From Aeromicrobium sp. (lineage in GTDB: Bacteria; Actinomycetota; Actinomycetes; Propionibacteriales; Nocardioidaceae): a stretch of 47,421 bases of DNA. The DNA lies in NCBI RefSeq assembly GCF_049586495.1, contig NZ_JBAVCB010000126.1, positions 1-47,421 of the forward strand, given 5' to 3'. Under the pieces are notes generated by a model. It had not been told where the DNA came from. It saw only the letters and a program-made list of their open reading frames with translations, and ran no database searches. Made by a program: the position numbers and the translations under genes. Below, piece by piece: positions 42,821 through 47,421 of the stretch (position 1 is the stretch's first letter; every line of letters starts with the position of its first letter).

Positions 42821-44221
42821 ATGCAACGGTTGAGTCCTCTGGACGCGATGTTCCTGCACCAGGACAGCCCGACGGTGCCGCGGCAGGTGGCATCCTTGGC
42901 GATCCTCGAGCCGGGCGCCAAGCTCGACCACGATCGACTGGTTCACGTGATCAATGAGCGCATCGATCTGGTGCCGCGATATCGCCAGATCCCCCGGTTC
43001 GTGCCGGGTGGTCTCGGTACGCCGGTGTGGCTCGATGACGAAAACTTTGACATCTCGCTGCACGTTCGACGTTCGGCGCTGCCGCGTCCTGGCGGACAGG
43101 ACGCGCTGCACGAGCTGGTGGGCCGCCTGATCGCCCGCCGGCTCGACCTGGACCGAGCGCTGTGGGAGCTGTACCTGATCGAGGGCTACCAGGGCAATCA
43201 GCTCGCCCTGCTGTTCAAGGCACACCAAGCCCTGGTCGATGGCTCGCACACCATCGACCTTGCGCAGGTGTTGCTGGAGGAATCGGCCAGCGAGCGAGAC
43301 ATCCCGCACGAGGAGTGGCGGCCGCGCCCGGCACCCCACACGGCCGGACTCGTCGGCGGCACGCTGCGACACAATCTGAAGCACCCCGCTGAGGCGCTCC
43401 GGGTGGCCGAGCACAGCGTCGGTCGGCTCGCCCGCAGGCTGCCACTGGTTGGTACCGACGCCTCCGTCCCGCGCACCGTGCTCTCGACCGAGCTCTCCCG
43501 ACACCGCCGCTTCGCGACCTTGGCCGCCGACCTCGACGCCTTCCGTTCGGTTCGCGAGGAGCACGGCGGCACGGTCAACGACGTCATTCTGGCCTCGATC
43601 GCGGGCGGTATCCGGGGCTGGATGCTCACGCGCGCCGAACCCGTCACGGCCAAGACCAGCTTCCGCGCCATGGTGCCCATGTCCGTGGCATCGGACGAGG
43701 GCCATCCCACGTCGCTCGGATCCACGGTGCGCGGTCACCTCCTGTCGTTGCCGGTAGGGGAGACGAACCCGGTGGTCCGGTTGCACCAGGTGTCCTATGC
43801 GCTGAAGGACCACCGCGAGACCGGCTCGGCCGTGGCCGCCAACACGCTGGCCAATCTGCCGGGATTCGCGACCTCGACATTCCACGCCGTGGGCGCTCGC
43901 GTCGCAGATGCTGAAGCCGGCCGGGGACACCAGATCGTCATCACCAACGTGCCCGGTCCACAGGATCCGGTCTACATGGCTGGCGAGGCAGTGTCCGAGG
44001 TGTACCCGTGTGTGCCGCTGAGCGGTTACCGAGCACTGTCGATCGGCGTCACGTCGTATCGGAGCAAGGTGTTCTTCGGCATCGTCGCGGACCGTGATGC
44101 AGTACCCGACGTCGACGTTCTGGCCCAGTGCATCGAGGATGCACTGGCCGAGCTGGTTGATTCCGTCTCGTCCCGCACCACGCGCGCCCCGCGGGGCCGC
44201 CAGCGGCCGTCCAAGTCGTGA
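42821..44221 (+). CDS. Wax ester synthase/DGAT family O-acyltransferase with degenerate active-site motif
   Basis: RLSPLDAMFL, LDLDRALWELYLIEG, KAHQALVDG, GTVNDVIL, ITNVPGPQ. SD AAGGAG. Confidence 0.9.
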   Translation: MQRLSPLDAMFLHQDSPTVPRQVASLAILEPGAKLDHDRLVHVINERIDLVPRYRQIPRFVPGGLGTPVWLDDENFDISLHVRRSALPRPGGQDALHELVGRLIARRLDLDRALWELYLIEGYQGNQLALLFKAHQALVDGSHTIDLAQVLLEESASERDIPHEEWRPRPAPHTAGLVGGTLRHNLKHPAEALRVAEHSVGRLARRLPLVGTDASVPRTVLSTELSRHRRFATLAADLDAFRSVREEHGGTVNDVILASIAGGIRGWMLTRAEPVTAKTSFRAMVPMSVASDEGHPTSLGSTVRGHLLSLPVGETNPVVRLHQVSYALKDHRETGSAVAANTLANLPGFATSTFHAVGARVADAEAGRGHQIVITNVPGPQDPVYMAGEAVSEVYPCVPLSGYRALSIGVTSYRSKVFFGIVADRDAVPDVDVLAQCIEDALAELVDSVSSRTTRAPRGRQRPSKS

Positions 44222-44231
44222 GGAGCCTGAT

Positions 44232-44537
44232 GTGAGGGTGTATCTACCGGCCGGATCGGCTGAGCTGCGGCGGCTCGTCGCCGGCGGAGCCATCCAGGTT
44301 GAAGGCTTTCTCGCGGTGTCCACCGACGAGGAGGACGAGCTCGGCGCCTTGGAGGCTGCGGGCGAGGAAGCCGGATGTGTTGTCGTTGCCGAGGTGTCGG
44401 ACCCCGATGGACCTGTCGATCTCGATGACGTCGAGGCGCTGCACGTCGACATCGACGACAGCGGCGCCCTTGCGTGGTTCGGCACGCAGGAGATCGCCGC
44501 TGTCATCGAGCTGGTGCGCGCCCGCGAGGCGCGCTGA
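44232..44537 (+). CDS. DUF6912-like small protein
   Basis: RVYLP..DEEDE..ALHVD..LAWFGTQEI. SD GAGGAG. Confidence 0.7.
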   Translation: MRVYLPAGSAELRRLVAGGAIQVEGFLAVSTDEEDELGALEAAGEEAGCVVVAEVSDPDGPVDLDDVEALHVDIDDSGALAWFGTQEIAAVIELVRAREAR

Positions 44538-45026
44538 CTAGAGTTTGGTCAAGCCGTACTCGACCTCTTCATCGAGCGAGGCGATGATCGCCTTGGCGAC
44601 CTCAGGCTCGATCTTCTTGCCGAGGAACGGGATGGAGACCTTGACGTCGCCGACCAGGTCGAACGCGGTGCCCTCGGCGCCGGGGGTCAAAGAGGCAGTG
44701 CCGTTCATCTCAGCCGGCTGACCGATGATGCTGACCTTGACGTCGGCGGTGCGCGAGCCGTCGGCGGCTGGGCCGCTCCACTTCTCGGTCTGCTTGATCT
44801 TGACGGTATCCCCGGTGAGCTTCTTGACGAAGTCCGGCATGGCGGCATCCTGCTTGCGCACGACGGTCACGATGTCGCCATCGCCTGACTTCTCGACAGT
44901 CACCGTGATGTCGGAAGAGCCCTGTTGCTCGCACGACTCGGTGCGGAACGACTGGTTGGCGATGAGCCCGTAGACGGCCTCGACATCGGCGCCGGTGTAG
45001 CTCAGGGAGTGGTTGATCTTGGCCAT
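44538..45026 (-). CDS. DUF2505 family (SRPBCC-like) protein
   Basis: MPDFVKKL..QTEKW..VKVSIPFLGKKIE. SD AGGAG. Confidence 0.8.
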   Translation of the reverse strand: MAKINHSLSYTGADVEAVYGLIANQSFRTESCEQQGSSDITVTVEKSGDGDIVTVVRKQDAAMPDFVKKLTGDTVKIKQTEKWSGPAADGSRTADVKVSIIGQPAEMNGTASLTPGAEGTAFDLVGDVKVSIPFLGKKIEPEVAKAIIASLDEEVEYGLTKL

Positions 45027-45035
45027 GGGGTTCTC

Positions 45036-45782
45036 CTACTGTTCGGACGGGGCTTCGACGGCGGGTGTGGCAGCACCCTTCAGCTCGGACAGACGTGCTT
45101 CGACCTCGGCAGCATCGCTGTCGGCCTCGAGCTCGTCGAACTGTGAGTCGAGGCTAGACGCCGCGAGCTCGGTCTGACCGGCCACCTGGGCCTCGACGCG
45201 TCGGACCTTGTCCTCAAAGCGCGAGACCTCGCTGGTCGGGTCGAGCACGTCGATCGACTTGACCGCCTGTTGCACCTGGGCCTGGGCCTCGGCGGTCTTC
45301 TGGCGCGCCACGAGCTGGTCGCGCTTGGACTGCAGCTCGCCGAGCTTGCCCTTCATCTGCACGAGGCCGGTCTTCAGCTTCTCGACGACCTCGTTCTGCG
45401 CGGCGATCTGGGGCGCAGCTGACTTGGCCTCGTTCTCGTAGCCGATCTGCTTGCTCAGAGCGACCTTGGCGAGACTGTCGAACTTGTCGGCCTCGGTGGT
45501 CTGGCCCGAGGTGCGCAGCGAGTCGGCCTTCTGCGAGGCGGCGAGGGCCTTGGTGCCCCACTCCTTGGCGGCGCGTACGTCCTCGACGTGATCGGCCTCG
45601 GCCATCCGCAGGTTGCCGATCGTCTGGGCGACCGCCTCCTCGGCATCGGCGATCGAGCTGGTGTAGTCGCGCACCAGCTGGTCGAGCATCTTCTCGGGAT
45701 CCTCGGCCTTGTCCAGGAGGGAGTTGATGTTGGCCTTCGTCAGCTGGGCAATTCGTCCGAGGATCGACTGCTTCTGGGTCAT
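45036..45782 (-). CDS. pspA: PspA/IM30 family protein
   Basis: KQSILGRIAQLTKANINSLLDKAEDPEKMLDQLVRDY, coiled coil, EVEARLSELK. Confidence 0.92.
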   Translation of the reverse strand: MTQKQSILGRIAQLTKANINSLLDKAEDPEKMLDQLVRDYTSSIADAEEAVAQTIGNLRMAEADHVEDVRAAKEWGTKALAASQKADSLRTSGQTTEADKFDSLAKVALSKQIGYENEAKSAAPQIAAQNEVVEKLKTGLVQMKGKLGELQSKRDQLVARQKTAEAQAQVQQAVKSIDVLDPTSEVSRFEDKVRRVEAQVAGQTELAASSLDSQFDELEADSDAAEVEARLSELKGAATPAVEAPSEQ

Positions 45783-45964
45783 CGGGTCTGCTTTCTGTGT
45801 GAGCTACCTAGGTGTGACTGTATGACGTCGGGTGCCTCAGGTCTCGATCTTGGCAGTGGGCCGAAGGATCCACCAGCGCATGGCGGAGAATCCCACGGCG
45901 GCCAGCCGCGAGCTGGTTGTCGCTGCGGGGTTGCCGTGAGTCCACGACCACTAAGGTGGGTCGC

Positions 45965-46570
45965 ATGGTGCGCCTGACCCGTTCTGAGGTGCAGGACCGC
46001 AATCGACGGGTGCTGCTGGACGTCGCCCGCGCGGCATTCCTGCGCGATGGCTACGTCGCAACGTCTGTGGCTTCGATCGCGCATGCTGCCGGCTTCACCA
46101 CCGGCATCGTGTATTCGGGGTTCGGAAGCAAGGCCGATCTGGCGATGCAGGTGGCGACCGAGCTGCAGGAGGAGCAGATCGCCTTGCTGGGTGATCACCT
46201 GACCGCATCCGAGCGGCACCTGCTGGTCCGGCAGGCCAGGACCTGGGCCCGTTCGGCGGCTGAGTCCGGGTGGATCCGGTTCGAGCTCGAGCTGCTGCTG
46301 GACTCGATCGGCGACAGCAGGCTGGCCGCTGCGCAGGTGACCCGCCAGCAGCACGCCGTGGCACAGATCGCCCACATCATCGGCAGGCTCGTGCCGCCCG
46401 GGATGCTGACCGATGACGCCATCGAGGTCATCGCCGAGACCACGGTTGATTACTCGATCGGGGTGGGCATCCGCCAGACCACCAATCCAGCGGCCACCCC
46501 AGAACGATTCGTCGCGATGATCGAGCCGATGCTCGTATCTGTCTTCGAGGACCCAGACGCCACGGCATGA
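45965..46570 (+). CDS. TetR/AcrR family regulator
   Basis: AARAAF-like LDVARAAFLRDGYVATSVASIAHAAGFTTGIVYSGFGSKADL HTH. TAAGGT 7 nt upstream of ATG. Confidence 0.88.
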   Translation: MVRLTRSEVQDRNRRVLLDVARAAFLRDGYVATSVASIAHAAGFTTGIVYSGFGSKADLAMQVATELQEEQIALLGDHLTASERHLLVRQARTWARSAAESGWIRFELELLLDSIGDSRLAAAQVTRQQHAVAQIAHIIGRLVPPGMLTDDAIEVIAETTVDYSIGVGIRQTTNPAATPERFVAMIEPMLVSVFEDPDATA

Positions 46571-46577
46571 TGAGCTC

Positions 46578-47402
46578 ATGGCTCGATGGTGGCTCCCGGT
46601 GCTGGTGCTCCTGGCGGGTTCACTCACGGCCTGCAGCGGGGAGGTCCTGGTGCAGCCTGCGCCGGACGGCATCGTGGTGGACATCGATCAGTCGCGGGTG
46701 CTGCGCAAGACGCGCCTCGTCTTCCTGCGCGTGCACAACGACACCGACCAACAGCTCACCGTCGCGTCCTTCCGCCTCACGTCGCCGCGCTTCGAGGCGG
46801 TGTCCTGGACCGGTCCAGAGGACGTGGGCGCGGGCTACGAGGCGGACCTGGAGTTCCAGATGCCCCGCGGCGGCTGCGGAGAGGGGATCGACGCCCAGGT
46901 CACGATCGATTACTCGATCGGCGACCAACGACTGCGCTCGACCCTGCGTCCCGACGACGTCTACGGCGCGGCCACCTCGTTTCTGGACCGTGACTGTGCC
47001 GAGCTGACCTTGGCGCAAGCGGCTGACCTGACGCTCGGTGACGTGACGGTGAGCGGGGCAGGCCGGAACTCGGTGTTGAGTCTGCCGATCCGGGTCAGAC
47101 CGACCGGAGGTCGCGATGACGTCGTGCTGCGTGGCTTCGACTCGACTGTGTTGTTCGCGCAGGCCGACGGCTCCGACGATCAGATCGACCTTCCCGTGAC
47201 CGGGGATCCGTTCGATCTGGTCATGAAGGTCATCCCGGCCCGGTGCGACCCGCACGCCCTGGGCGAGGACAAGGTCGGCACGCTCATCCCCGTGCAGGTC
47301 AAGGCGCCGGGTCTGCCCGACAACTCGTCGTTCTACTTGCAGATAGGCGCTGAACGCCGATCTGCGATGTTCAGATTCTTCGGTCAGTACTGCGGTCTCT
47401 GA
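46578..47402 (+). CDS. Putative lipoprotein of unknown function
   Basis: Signal peptide with lipobox LTAC. Additional Cys residues (GGC, RDC, ARCDPH, YCG). Confidence 0.7.
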   Translation: MARWWLPVLVLLAGSLTACSGEVLVQPAPDGIVVDIDQSRVLRKTRLVFLRVHNDTDQQLTVASFRLTSPRFEAVSWTGPEDVGAGYEADLEFQMPRGGCGEGIDAQVTIDYSIGDQRLRSTLRPDDVYGAATSFLDRDCAELTLAQAADLTLGDVTVSGAGRNSVLSLPIRVRPTGGRDDVVLRGFDSTVLFAQADGSDDQIDLPVTGDPFDLVMKVIPARCDPHALGEDKVGTLIPVQVKAPGLPDNSSFYLQIGAERRSAMFRFFGQYCGL

Positions 47403-47421
47403 GGACGTGTCTCAGAAGATG

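Noticed and set aside
47398..47417. Hairpin TCTGAG-N7-CTCAGA at the lipoprotein stop
   Set aside because: Short and cut off by the window edge, so it cannot be called a terminator or repeat.

Overview
High-GC actinobacterial chromosomal segment. Gene content and order suggest Nocardioidaceae (e.g. Aeromicrobium/Nocardioides-like), which is an inference. It is densely coding, with about 45 CDS, and I see no rRNA, tRNA, CRISPR, transposase or integrase. Block 1 (1-13.7 kb): APH-like kinase, YqjF, BASS symporter, alditol oxidase, S9 peptidase, mshB, flavin reductase, VanW protein, GNAT, fdxA, dapC, a lysozyme-like protein and dapD. Block 2 (13.7-20.3 kb): three LCP glycopolymer ligases, a TagGH/Wzm-Wzt exporter and TIGR03089. 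Block 3 (20.4-38.9 kb): the conserved whiB-GT2-DUF5719-zincin-DUF3499-manB-Trm112-ahcY-mtrAB-lpqB-comF-hpf-RR-ycaQ-secA backbone. Block 4 (39-44.5 kb): a poorly characterised Rv3235-LysM-hypothetical-HTH_17-SAF/CpaB-CpaE/TadZ-like module with no TadA/B/C or Flp pilin, followed by a WS/DGAT whose catalytic His is replaced by Gln. Block 5: DUF2505, pspA, TetR and a lipoprotein. The best candidate for an undescribed system is block 4, with its 10-bp-periodic operator-like repeats and an upstream motif shared with comF. Other notable signals are pervasive leaderless promoters, a multi-hairpin REP-like element after secA, tandem LCP paralogues and a perfect (CCCGAG)8 coding repeat. All family assignments come from motif recognition by eye, not database searches.
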